Positions 14,201-26,211 of a stretch of 64,000 nucleotides of DNA are shown piece after piece. The notes under the pieces were generated by a model that did no database searches, was not told where the DNA came from, and worked only from the letters and a program-made list of their open reading frames with translations. Positions within the stretch are counted from its first letter, which is position 1. Each line of letters opens with the position of its first letter. The stretch comes from Lingula anatina (Eukaryota; Animalia; Brachiopoda): NCBI GenBank assembly GCA_051362555.1, contig CM120648.1, positions 783,721 through 847,720 of the forward strand. Direction: 5' to 3'. The position numbers were made by a program, and so were the translations under genes.

Positions 14201-17123
14201 TGAAGGATCAACTTACTAGCGACGTGAGTTCCGTGACCGTTGCCGTCACTGGAACTTGGGCCGTATGGCTCGCTGAAAGCGCTCTGGAGGTATAATAGAA
14301 ACAGTTTTCACAATACTAACTACACTGTTGACTCTTGACCTAGCAATAGACGTAAGACTTAAGTGTGTATATATACTACCTCAAAAGAATGACCAATGCT
14401 CTTCATAAATAGGTAAAAATTTCATTGTTAACTTTTTCTCGAGCTCATATGAGCATTTTATTTTAAATATGGAAAACTTGTAATAGAATTTATTAAGCAA
14501 TATGTGTAAGACAAAGCCATGAGTAAACATATATGTATTAAATAAATTTAGATCACATACGTAAAGGTCCTTGAAGTCGACAGCCCTGCCAGTCCTGAAG
14601 TCACTGTGAGCCACGTCAATACCCCTGTAAGTTAAAAAATGATATTCACAATTATACAGTGTTATCTGACACCCCTTCTCATTTAATGTCATATGTGTTC
14701 TACATGTTTGATGTTGAACCAAAATATATGTTGGACATCCACAGAAACAGATGTGTAGTTCAATCAAAGGTCTTTAACACGACCTGAATATACGCCACCG
14801 TATTTGAACTGTCGTTAGGATATTGGATTTTCAACTTTGCCTTGATGGCCACTACTTTCTTTATCTCAATCTAATACAACTTGCGGTGCTAGTTAATCAA
14901 ATGAACATAACATCAATTAAAGCAACGTTGGAATTTGAATAAAAGAATGTGCTTTTGTCAAAACCCTTTTAAACCATACTTTCTCTGTGCTTATACCAAT
15001 ATCAAATGCAGGCAACATATTTATAATTTTGAAACAAAATTTTCCGCAAGGCAATGTTTATTCCATTTGTCTTTGAGGACATTCTGAGCTTAACTTGCTG
15101 GTCATCGGACAGACATCTGGACTCAGGCTGCACCCGAACAGTTGAAGATGATAAAAAGGCAGTTTCTAAATATAATTTTGGAAATTCAGTGTTACACTTA
15201 CGTGTCAAGGATGAAGGCATCGACACCCGCTCCGTCTCCTGAATAACAAATATAAAATATTGATCAGAGAGAGAGAGAGAGAGAGAAAGAGAGACAGAGA
15301 GAGGTTAGAGGCATTTTCGGGGCCAGTGAACCCCTACCTACATGGACATGTACCTCAACTGATTAACTCAGAAACAAAACGATAATCTCGTGACGTTAAA
15401 ATCAATCTCTAAAACATCTTTGCCGATTGTAATTTTCTCAACGGGTTTGAATAGGCACCTTTGTGACAAAGGAAAAAAATGCTGATTTTTTTCTACATTT
15501 TTAACATATAAATACGTAAACTTATAAAGGTCTAACACACACTGTGTTAATTAGTCACGTACCTACAGGGTCAAAGCACTGGTCACGGGTACCTGACCTC
15601 TGGTCAATTCTGTCCAGACCCTTAAGTTATAAAAAATACACACGTGTCATTTACGGTTTATAATAAAAATGCGTAATTCTCATTTCATAATTATATCATT
15701 AACGTTTAAGGCTCGAGATTGTTTACTCGACACAAGTCCCTGGCAAAGATCTAAATATCGAAAGCTTGGGCATTTTTATCTCTTGATTTATTCATCATTT
15801 CCGCAACTTGATCGAAATAGAATTAACTGATAGACTTTTTTTTAATTTTTTTAAACCTTGCATTTTAGATATTTTGTTTTAAATTTGCTTAAGTATGTCT
15901 TTCAATATTCCTTTATTCTTACTTACTAATGGTTTTATCCAACTATGATGCAATGATTGTATTTATCCAACCCTCGGGTTGCAAGTTTGGTAATAATAAT
16001 AATAATAATAATAGATATCAAAAATGATTAAATTCTTTCAGAGTCTAAATAATGAAGACGCAAACTAACACTACTACACTTGGTCCACGTAAATGGTCGT
16101 ATTAAACAAAGGTGTTTTCATGGCCTGATGTCCTACATGTGGGTAAACGATGCCCGCAAGCCGTAAGATTTATGCTCGGGCATTATAGATATTTATCCAC
16201 TGGCGGATCCAAGATTTTGATCAGGAGAGGGTATAAAGACACACCAATAACCTCTTCATGTTTACATGATAATCTTGCATGCTAATATAAAATATCCCAA
16301 TTAAAACGAAAAATATACTTTTTAAAGCATGCCGTGTAGGGACAGAGAAATTGATTGGATTTTGTTCGCTCGTTTTTACATGTACCATTTATTGGCAGGG
16401 AAGGACGAGAGGGGGGAGGGCTTCTTAATCTAAGGGGGGGGGAGTACATGTACGTGCCCCGTGCTGCTGGTGTGCACCTCTCTAGGTTTAGCCTCATTAT
16501 CTGTATCCAAGTACCCGCACTCACCCAGAGGCCGCTGTTGTCAATAGGGACACAAGCTGCCGTGTACAACAACGTGTCCTGCTCAATAAACTCGATGTCA
16601 TCGTCATCTTGAAGAGCCTCCAGGAGCCTGGGAATTTTAATTCAAAATTCAGCAATAAAAGTATTTTCCCTGCTTAACCAAACTGATACATCAATGAAAC
16701 GTTGAGTTGATTTATTGATGTATTTATTTATCAATAAGTATATGTATCTATTTATTTATGAAAATTAACTTTTTGAATTATCTCTATTGAACTATTTACA
16801 TAAACGGAAGGATTGCTGAAATAAATAAATAAATAGATAAATGCCTCGTTCCTTCTAGAATTAAATATTTTAATATTTTTTTCACCTGGAGTTAGCGTGG
16901 ATGGTGAAGAACTTGGCGTTCCCGATTTCCATCTTCCTGCTGCCGACGTCGGCGTCGGAGGGCTCCTCACCGGAAGCCATCAGTCTGTTCAGTACCACGC
17001 GTCCTCTCATGATGACACGGTTCACTGGGGGGAAGAAATAGTGAGCCATACGTTTTTATGTGTATGATCATATGTTAACGTGTTTTATAATTTGTTAATC
17101 CGCTTATTAAAAATATGACTTTT

Positions 17124-17164
<41 letters not shown>

Positions 17165-17666
17165 TGTAATGATTTTGATGTTGCGTTTTCTTTAAGAAAA
17201 CGTGGATCTCACGAAAATATGTGGTATGCAAAGTTAACGTGCACACAGAAAGGGCACACACAAATGCACACATATACACAGTGATACGCACAAATACAAA
17301 CACACACGCAAAGAGAGAGAGAGAGAGAGAGAGAGTGGTCATAGAATGCTGAAAATCAATACAGCGATACTCACCGTCGGCATTGTCTTTCACTTTCACA
17401 ATGTACGTCCTTCCGTCTCCGGCTACGTCACTACTGCGAGCAGCCCTCAGCACAGGTGCTGAAATATTCACAATATTCAAGAATTGAAATTCAGCGCACC
17501 AACTCAACTATTTTCACGCTTCATCGGCCAATATATATTTTTAAATCAGTAATATACTTCTGCAAAGTGCTTTTAATTGTTTCAGGTTATTCATTTTATC
17601 AAACGTACCTCTTCCGCTGGCAAAAGCCACAGTAGCTGCGATCAAAACGAAAAGTTGTGCCTTCAT
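9923..17666 (-). CDS. Secreted proteinase K-like subtilase (S8A) with I9 propeptide, paralog B; complete, 17 coding exons, 440 aa
   Basis: Exons 17666-17609 (MKAQLFVLIAATVAFASGR), 17458-17375, 17024-16886, 16627-16525, 15620-15563, 15238-15202 (ILDT), 14624-14561, 14283-14217 (GHGTHVA), 13547-13457, 12910-12842, 12668-12608, 12258-12182 (AAAGN), 12009-11928, 11351-11294, 10933-10908 (GTSMAAPHV), 10480-10404, 10094-9923 (..TPNRFLFVGSDGSK*). They sum to 1323 nt with an open frame. Non-coding exon 1 ends at 18063. AATAAA (minus) at 9873-9878 and 9799-9804. Confidence 0.94.
11246..11289. repeat. (GA)n microsatellite just inside the intron following protease B exon 11351-11294
   Basis: Seen directly; same relative position as 829-886 in paralog A. 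Confidence 0.95.
13595..13931. mobile_element. Non-autonomous DNA transposon with TTAA target duplication (Kolobok-like)
   Basis: TTAA at 13591-13594 and 13932-13935. TIR agtgataataactctttcgt versus reverse complement agggataataactcttcgt. Purine-purine termini plus TTAA fit Kolobok. Confidence 0.7.
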
Positions 17667-18111
17667 CTTGATCTAGAAAATATGAAAACTAGCAAAGATC
17701 ATGGTTTGTATCATACATGTATATCAATCTATCTAGAGAGAACATGTAAATTAATATGAATTTAATACTACTCCATTTTCCATTCTTATTAACCGTTATT
17801 ATAATTTAAAAGTTGCATAATTCAATAACTTAACCATACTACTAGTACCTCATTCGTTCTACAGGCTAAAAATAGAAATCTGTTATCTTTTTATCCACAT
17901 TTAATTGAATTTTTAGGCAAACATCAGGATCTAGCCTCTGATAAAGTAATTTCTTTGTGCTGTAAAAACATCCAAAAAGTACTGCAATCCCAATAATATT
18001 AGACGAGATCGGTGTGTTTTGTTATAAAAATTAATGTCGTTAAAAGTTTGTTAAATACTCACGCGGTGACCTCTGTAGTCGAAAGTATGTCTCTGAGCCT
18101 TTAAACCCCCT

Positions 18112-18165
18112 TTTATAGAGCTCTGCGTCTCTCTCGCTCTGGGAATATAACGCGCAGGACAGATG
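18112..18165 (-). promoter_or_regulatory. Protease B core promoter: TATA box, TGGGAA/TTCCCA box and E-box
   Basis: tttata 18112-18117, tgggaa 18140-18145, cagatg 18160-18165. Offsets +28 and +20 are the same as in paralog A. Confidence 0.65.
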
Positions 18166-18920
18166 GTCGGGGAACCACTCAAGGCTTCATTTCAGAGCGC
18201 GGGGCACTTGTCGAAATTCAAGTGAAGTGCACAAGTTGTTACCTGAGCGTGTAGTGTCGCGAAAATGTGACTGCTGGGTGATAAAATAATTACACTTTAC
18301 TGATAAACCACCTGTTTAACATGTACGGATAGTTTGGCTGTGAAAATGGATAGTTTGGCTTAAAAGAATAAAATAATAAGAAGAAAAGGGCGAGGAGGAT
18401 GTTCGGGTCTTGTGTCGGAATAGATTGAGTTTTGTGCTGAACACTGTTTACGTGACCAAAGTTAGTGCGTTTAATTTTTTTTTTCATTATGCATTATTGC
18501 TTTTCCCTTGAGTATGTTGGTGTAGGAAGATAGTTAGTATATCTACGTGAATTAAGACACTGTTTATTAATGAGACAATTCAGCGATAAACATACCATGT
18601 ATTATTTGCCTTTTTATTACATAATAACACTGTAAACTGAAAGGCTCGTCAGCGTGAGATTTTCACCGCGTGTTTCGGGTACGTATTGCTTAATTGTTTT
18701 ATTACGTGTGAATGCTTTGTGTAAGCGTCAGGGTATACAGCACATGGACTTTCAGAACGTTATTCCACCCTGAATCAAAGCTACTTTGGCGGCGTACACA
18801 TGCTGAGAGTGAAGCAATGAGGTCTCTACCCGGTATCTGCTCTTTTACCCAGGGGGGCGATTGGGGATCGTTTTCCAAAGATGTCCAGTTTGAAGAAAGG
18901 ATATTTGCACTCTCTGTCGC

Positions 18921-18991
18921 TCTCTCTCTCTCTCACAGACACACACAAACACATAGCCTACACATGCATACACACGCAAGACACTTGTAAA

Positions 18992-19031
<40 letters not shown>

Positions 19032-19122
19032 CATACCCAAGTTTAAACGCATGCCTACACACGCAATTACACACAAACACACACACACACGCGCACACAC
19101 ACACACGAACGCAAACACACAC
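18921..19122. repeat. Compound (CT)n/(CA)n/(TA)n microsatellite region
   Basis: Seen directly; it produces the YIYIYI and THTH pseudo-ORFs. Confidence 0.9.
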
Positions 19123-20734
19123 TGTGCGCAACCTTTTTTTTTTAGGAACACGGATTTATTTTATGTAATGTGTGAACGTTTGTAAACCTCTCCCCAACAC
19201 CACCACCCTCTGTTTACAAATGGTCCAAGGTCAGATTTTGAATTAAAAAGGCCCACAATAAATCAGTCTTCTAATTTATGTTTTTATTTTTTTTTTTTTT
19301 TTTAAGATTTGAGACGATAGCCCATATATATATAACACACGGCTGAGAGGGCATTCGCCTTGTTTTGGTAAATCTTGCAGAAATTTTGTGCTGTTTGAAG
19401 AATGTAGTGCTATCGGCAAACTGAGAATTGTTTTATATTACATCAAAAATTATTCGTGTTATTTGCTGTGTCCTGCGTCAGAGTTTCTTCTTTATTTCTT
19501 TATTATTTTTTTAAGCAGGAAATGTTTCATAGCAAGAAAAGAAATCAAATATTTAGTGGACAGTTGAGCGTTCTCAAGAAGCATGCCAGATATAAATGCG
19601 CAAAAGTATGTCTGACACAATGCATTACCATGTCGCATTATTGGACCTCTTATACCCATTCCATAGAGTTTCTGTGTATAATAGTATCTCTTTGATTCAG
19701 ACTGACACGTCAGCAATTTACATAAAAAATTGAGACAGCAAGGGCAAACATGGAGGGTTCAGAACTATTTTATACCACGTAGTAATCAGGTAGAAACTTG
19801 CCTAGCAATAACCTTTTAGCCAAGTTACTTTCTAGCCATTTTGCAGGTGTGACCAAACTGGGGTTAGGGTTAGCCAGACGTAAGTGGGACAAAATTTAGG
19901 ACGAGGCTCTCCTCTGCAAATTAATGGGAACCGGACTGTCTATCACGTAACACCCCCCCCCCCCCCCACAAAGAAAAAAAATGTTCCTGTCGCCCCCTCC
20001 GTACACTCCTCTCCCAGCCCTCTTCAGTCATTCACCCAACCTTTCATTCTCTTTCTCTCTCTCTCTCTCTCTTTTCAGTGGCATCTATAAAGCATACCCC
20101 GACCTTCATGTTTTCAACCTTGTCTCAAAACTTTTCAAAATATTCAAGTCATTTTAGCCGTTTCTTAACTGTATTTATTTCACAGAGTCAGTAGACAGAA
20201 CAAAGATCCATAATGGATGCTGTGGCATAGAAAAGTTTATAGAAAATGTGAAGCAATCGATCATCATCCTGCACACAAATTGGTTGTGGCATATTTAATC
20301 AACATAGTTTGTTTGTTTGTTCTGATAAACATTTTCCAGAGATGGAAAGTTGGGAGATTAATGCGTTTAGACAGCACAGTAAACGGTTATGTAATGTAGA
20401 AAAAATGGAAATAGACTTATCGACAACCGGTACCTTTAAGAAAATAAGCAGTTTACGATTTCTGAAAATTAAGGAGACTTTTGTGCCACGCATGAGGGCA
20501 TAATTCTTTTCTTTCACATTATTCAAAAAAGAAAAAGAAACCTTCCTTAATCAAACACCATATCCAACGGCAAAATAAATAGTTGTTATTCTGAATAAAT
20601 AGTTGTTCATCGTTCTCAACACATGTAAGCTATAGTGACCTAAAATCGGTGTCATATGTCTCCTACAAACTTCCAGTTGGTACCTGTCACTCAAAATGGT
20701 CAAATAGGTCACGTGATCTCTGAACGTCCAGAAG

Positions 20735-21811
20735 TTATGGACACACTTTGCACAACTGTGGACAGTGCCCATACTTGAATTCTAACCCGTGTACCATATA
20801 GTTGTCAGCGCACACAAATGGATAATCTGCCCAATGTACGCAATACCACTTATCTTTCCCATTGTCGCCCATCTGAGAACAGTCCACTGTAAAGATAAGA
20901 ATTATACACGTGTATGTATAGCAACTGATTTTATAAATTTACATATACAAATTTACTGTAGCTAGTACTTGTATACGTAATATATGTATTTGATAATTGA
21001 TATTAGTTGTGGCCAAATATGTCAGAGTGAATAGACGAAACAGTCAACAGGTATCAGTAAATTAAATATATGGATCTATCATAAATGAAAACTTTCTGAC
21101 TGTATTTGATAATGCTCTGTAATATTTAGCCTTTTGGCATGCGATGATACTGTACTACGTCCACCATGCCCTAGCTCAGCGTTGTGCTGAGGTTGTTATG
21201 TATGACACACTTTACATATGAAAAACATAACATGGTGAGTCTCGACTCACGTATAAACAATCTTATGTTAAATGCTCACACTGCTCACAGGCGCCAGTGA
21301 AGTATTGTGGGCAGTCACAGCCGCAAGTTTTGTAGTTGGGGGTTCCTCCATTTTTACATTCAATCAGCTGTCCGCCACAGGGTAGGTCGCCTTGAGACAA
21401 AGGGTGTAAAGTTGACGGAGATTAAATTTCAACTCCAAGTTATTTTCAAATCAGCGGAAGTCATGGGAGAGAGTTTTAATTCTAATTGTTTTTTTTAAAA
21501 GCAGATCTCGAAAATATTCATGCATTATGATGACTTGGGTTATGTATAATACTTATAGCAGATACAGCAGAATCTATAATTAAAATAGCAGTAAGTCAGA
21601 CTCACCACAATTTTCAGGCTGGGCTGCGCATTCTTTGGTAACTGTAACAACGCAAAAATCTATTTATAAATCAGACTAAAGCTCTCAGGCACGCTTGTGT
21701 AACACTTTCAAATTTCATCATTATGAGTAGCGCTACAACACAGGTCAAGTTTTATCAGAAAATTAGTGTGATATAGCCATGAAATCAGAAAATGAAATCA
21801 TGAAATTAAGT

Positions 21812-21847
<36 letters not shown>

Positions 21848-22010
21848 AAAGCTTTCCTTCCAATACTGTATACCAACAATAATCAGTTACTCAGTACGTA
21901 CTACAGAGGTTGTTTCGGCATTCTCCGGTCAGGTCGGAGTTGCTCACACATCCCGAGCAGTTTGTTCCTTGAGTATATGGCGCAACACCGACGTAGTTAC
22001 CTCTGGAGAT

Positions 22011-22043
<33 letters not shown>

Positions 22044-23975
22044 TTAAATACCGAAAACATATATAAATAAATAAGTTAAATATCGAAAACTAGACATTGC
22101 TCACACTTAATTGAATCAGCAGGAATCACGAAGAATGAGGCTCAATGAAGATTTTTAAAAATTCGCACCACATTCGAGACAAAATTTTAAATTGACCTTA
22201 ATTATCGTAAGAGTACCGTTGGAATACTCAGAATGCGCTTGAATTTGCCCGGAATGATGATTGCACCTTCGGCTGTTTTAGCTCTCAAATGCAGTTTAAA
22301 TGTAGTTGGAAAACTAGGAATATCTATAATGCTGTCAGAAGGCAGTAGGAATATTTAGAATATACTTTGAATGGCGTACTACAGTACTACATCCGAGGCA
22401 CATTCGAAACATTCTGGCGGGATTTTATACCCTCGTCACACTAGAGGCGGAATGATTAAGAATGGTGTCGAAAATGCAATTCTTTGTGTATTCCAGGTTA
22501 TTCGAAGAGCATTCTAAAAATTCCAAATATTTATATCCATTCTTGTAGCCGGCTCGAATGTTTTTGTCATGTCAAAAACTTTCGAAGTGCATTCCAAGTG
22601 GAAAATTATCGAATGGCATTTGAACAGTATTCTAACTGCACTATGACTGCATTCTAAATATTCTAACGAGATTCCGACAGCATTCGAAATATTGAAACCA
22701 TGAAAGCCCATTTTTATTTCCCGAGATTCTTGAAACATTCATATTATTTAGCGTAATCCCCGAATAAAGCATACCATGACCCGTAAATGCGGCGTTTTAT
22801 TCACTTTCCTTCTTGTGGCAATATACAGTGTATGTCCGGTAAATTGTAATTTTCAGGAACTCCGACTCGCGTGATCAATGAGATATGAATAAAGTTGTAT
22901 TTACTGTGATTTGTGAACGTATGGTGTACTATCTCGTGTACTGTGATCGACCCCCCCCCCCCCCCCCAAGGGAAACCTGTAAGTGATACGAAATGGACAA
23001 ATTAAACCTCCCACACCCCCTGCAAACGGACTTGCGGAATTATCATCATTACTTTCTTCAACAAAAAAGGAGCAACAATATATATACTCACGCAGGCGAA
23101 TATCTGCAGACGATATAGTACCACAGGGAAGAACTAGGAAACGGTGATCCCGTGGTGCACTTCTTCATACCACAACCGAGTTTGGTACTGGCAGCCCAGA
23201 CGACCTAACGGAAAAAAATGAAAGTATTCGTCCACGGATGAATTTCTTCACACCGTCTGATCATATAATGTCACATAATATTGCTAGGGGTAGAAGACAA
23301 TGTGAACTTACCTAATCGCTGCTATGTCGCATTGTGACTTCATAATGAAGTCTTTGAAAAATTAAGATTTTACCTTTATCTAAACTGACCTGCGTATAGT
23401 GTCCACAGCTTTTTCCAGGAGGAGGGTTGCATGAGTTGGAGGACAAATTGTACCACTGTTTCTCATTGTCCCACCTGTCCACGACCTTTACATGTAGTAA
23501 CGAAGTGAAGGATGAACCAGACAAGTTCTCACCGTACTTCCCGCCTGGTTGGCTGTGGCCCATGCTACAAGTATCTGCCCACGCCTGCGAACTTGCAGCA
23601 AGTTCGTCGTCCCACATCTAAAAAAACAGTTGAATTTGTTCTCAGGATGTCCCAAGGCCGCACTGAAGTCTGACTGGTCTGAACTTTCTTAAAAATCCGC
23701 CCAACTCATTTCAAGATAATTCGGTAATGGTCCAGTATGTATCAGTGTATCAGTATCACTAATTAGCCATATCTTTCTTGTTGTAAAACATACGCAATAA
23801 TAATATAAGTCGGACTATCACTGTTTTTTTCTGGGGTCAAAGTAAATGTTAAAGTGGGGACCAATTTTTCTGACTGATTACGTCCGTGACTGAATCGAGT
23901 TTTGTTAAGATGTCTGACGTCGATGAAAAAAATTGAGATGGTCCAGATACATTAAATGATCTCCCAAATATCCAA

Positions 23976-24009
<34 letters not shown>

Positions 24010-24909
24010 AGTGTGTGCTACGTGCACAGGGTAATTATCAAGGTAGAAAAAATGATAAAACTAAAATTAGCATAAGTTAAGATACCAAATAATTTCATGA
24101 ACATAGTGCGACCGACCAAAGAAAAGCAGTAGAGAGTGTGTGTATGTACGTGTGCGTGCGCATGTGTGTGTGTATTTTACCATTCTAGTCATCAAGGCAG
24201 CGGACGGACTGACTAAACTCCGCCTCAAATTGTGACGGTCAAGCATCTGCTGTTTTTCAGCGTCTGACAATCCATTGTCTCCTCTCTTGACGACAGCGGA
24301 AAATGCTTCAATAGTCGAGCGATAACATATAAAATTACACATCGATAAAGTAAGCATTTCCTTCACAAAATAGATATGTGATATTTTACTCCTTAATATT
24401 GCAAAAAAAAAGAAAAAAAAAGAGAATATGCCAATACTGAATCTGAATTTAGAAATTAAGTAGAGAGAAAGAAAGAAAGAAAGAAAGAAGATCGTCCCAG
24501 AAGACGGCCTCCGTGCGCCCCTGAAGTACACAGATAAATAAAAAGTTGGATCAACTGAAGTCGCTGTGCCACCATGCTAAAATAACATTGATCACGCTGA
24601 AGTAGGAGGATGGCAAAACAAAAATAATGTTAAGTATAATAACTTGTTTAACTCGGAATCGAAGTGATTACTTCTACTACCACTACTACCTACTGGTTGT
24701 ATTAAGCATGGTAGTTAAGTCAAAACGAATACTGGTACGAGCATTATATGTCCATTTTTTGCAATTAAATGTAATAGAGCAAGCTATTTCAAAAATTACG
24801 TGCTATTTTCTTAGAGACGCTACCAAAACAACCCCCAAAACTAAAAAAAGGAAAAAAGATAGAGGTATTGAGAACGTTATATTGTTTCTTTCCTCTTTCC
24901 TCCCCCCTG

Positions 24910-24949
<40 letters not shown>

Positions 24950-25108
24950 ACACTCTCTCTTTCTCTCTCTCTTTCTCTCTCTCTCTCACACACACTCTCA
25001 CACACACTCTCTTTCTCACTCTCTCACTCTCACTCTTTCACTCTCTCTTTCTCACTCTTTCTCACTCTCTCTCACTCTTTCTCTCACTCTTTCTCTCACA
25101 CTCTCTCT

Positions 25109-25144
<36 letters not shown>

Positions 25145-25578
25145 CACACTTTCTCTCTCTCACTCCCTCACTCTCACTCTTTTACCCTCTCTCTCACTCA
25201 CTCTCTCCCCCCTCTCTCTCTTGCCCCATTCACACTAGCACGTCAAGGCTGACCTCGGTTCTACCGCGGTTAACTAATGTGAACGGGCGACGTAGCTCTG
25301 ACCGTGGTCGAAATAAACCCAAATCGGGAGGTGGGTATAATCGGAGTAAACTCCTGACCGCGGTCAAGACCGAATGTCTACATATGAAGCGCATGCGCAC
25401 AAGTGTATCGTCATTTGAGCTCCCGACATGTTTCACAGATTCTAGTAAGAGCGCATGCTGATATTCTACCGCTACTGATCGCTGCCGGTGTCAGTGTGAA
25501 CGCGGTTTGGACGCGGTTTAGTTGACCGCGGTTTAATCGGAGTAAACTCGACCACGGTTAACGTTCTAATGTGAATGG

Positions 25579-25615
<37 letters not shown>

Positions 25616-25924
25616 AGGGCCTCTATAAAGCATACCCCGCCCTTCAATCTGCTTTCAATCTCTCTGTATATTGTCATTTTCCTCGACAGTTATTCGCATC
25701 ATCAGGCCAGAAAAAAATTGTAACGGACGTAATAAGAAAAGTAAAATCTTTGCACCATCTGTACTTATCAAGATATCGCTGCGTGTTTGTACATGTAAAA
25801 CGTTGCCAGTATTAATATGTTTCAATATTACCGTTTTCTGCAATGTATACAAGCATGTCAACTGTGACTTACCCTGTTCAGGCAAAAACGCTAAGGTAAG
25901 AATCAGCACTGTTAAAGTCAGCAT
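20735..25924 (-). CDS. CAP1: secreted CAP/SCP (CRISP-like) protein with EGF-like and ShKT-like C-terminal domains, 8 exons, 305 aa
   Basis: Exons 25924-25873 (MLTLTVLILTLAFLPEQ), 24305-24181 (HNLRR..MTRM), 23617-23390 (MWDDELA..GENL..CGHYTQ), 23204-23092 (VVWAASTKLGCG..VCRYSPA), 22002-21902 (GNY..PY..CSGC..C..NLC hinge), 21641-21606 (TKECAAQPENC), 21390-21280 (CGGQLIECKNGGTPNYKTCGCDCPQYFTGACEQ), 20886-20735 (DCSQ..WYC..C..KYGHCPQLCKVCP*). 918 nt in frame. AATAAA (minus) at 20174-20179. Confidence 0.9.
22101..22700. mobile_element. GAAT/ATTC-rich interspersed repeat fragment in intron 4 of CAP1 (also in CAP3)
   Basis: Shared with 38903-39515 and absent from CAP2/CAP4 intron 4. Contains a tacc(c/t)cgtcacact terminus-like motif; no matching opposite end found. 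Confidence 0.5.
24910..25222. repeat. Compound (CT)/(CA) low-complexity tract in intron 1 (copies at ~33243-33556 and ~41699-41972)
   Basis: Seen directly; source of the SLSLSH pseudo-ORFs. Confidence 0.92.
25223..25580. mobile_element. ~358-bp MITE inserted into the CT microsatellite of CAP1 intron 1 (possibly PIF/Harbinger-like)
   Basis: Ends gccccattcacactag and ctaatgtgaatggcc are inverted (ccattcacaYtag). Internal repeated aatcggagtaaactc. Absent from the matching CAP3 tract. Confidence 0.7.
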
Positions 25925-25991
25925 TTTCTTCTGATAAGCAATTTTTCTAGTATCCGCTTCCGCAATATAGCAAATACAGACACAAAGGGCC

Positions 25992-26072
25992 TTTTATATA
26001 TTTAAAGACAGCGGGGATACCCGATTGCTCTATCATATGACGTCGGATATGACGTCACACAGATCGACCAAT
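25992..26072 (-). promoter_or_regulatory. CAP1 promoter: TATA, CRE (TGACGTCA) and CCAAT
   Basis: ttttata 25992-25998, TGACGTCA 26050-26057 (near-CRE at 26038), ccaat 26068-26072. Retained in all five CAP copies. Confidence 0.65.
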
Positions 26073-26178
26073 TATACCACAATTTGTGCACAATTTGCCT
26101 CCGTTTTATTTATCAAAGCTGATGTGACATTTCAAAAACAATGGGGACGGGGTCTAAAATGTTGGGAAAAGTGGTTTT

Positions 26179-26211
<33 letters not shown>

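Noticed and set aside
1-17666. PCSK9 ortholog or bacterial/fungal contamination
   Set aside because: No C-terminal Cys/His-rich domain in the complete paralog. Dense spliceosomal introns and animal-type repeats argue against contamination, so no gene symbol is assigned.
18700-19950. Short ORFs in the protease-CAP intergenic region
   Set aside because: No recognisable motif or consistent splice chain; mostly low complexity.
25230-25436. 68-aa ORF repeated at 33564-33770
   Set aside because: Internal to a MITE, no transposase motif.
24627-25461. ~200-aa Ser/Leu/His-rich ORFs (also 32955-33586 and 41543-42082)
   Set aside because: Translation of CT/CA microsatellites.
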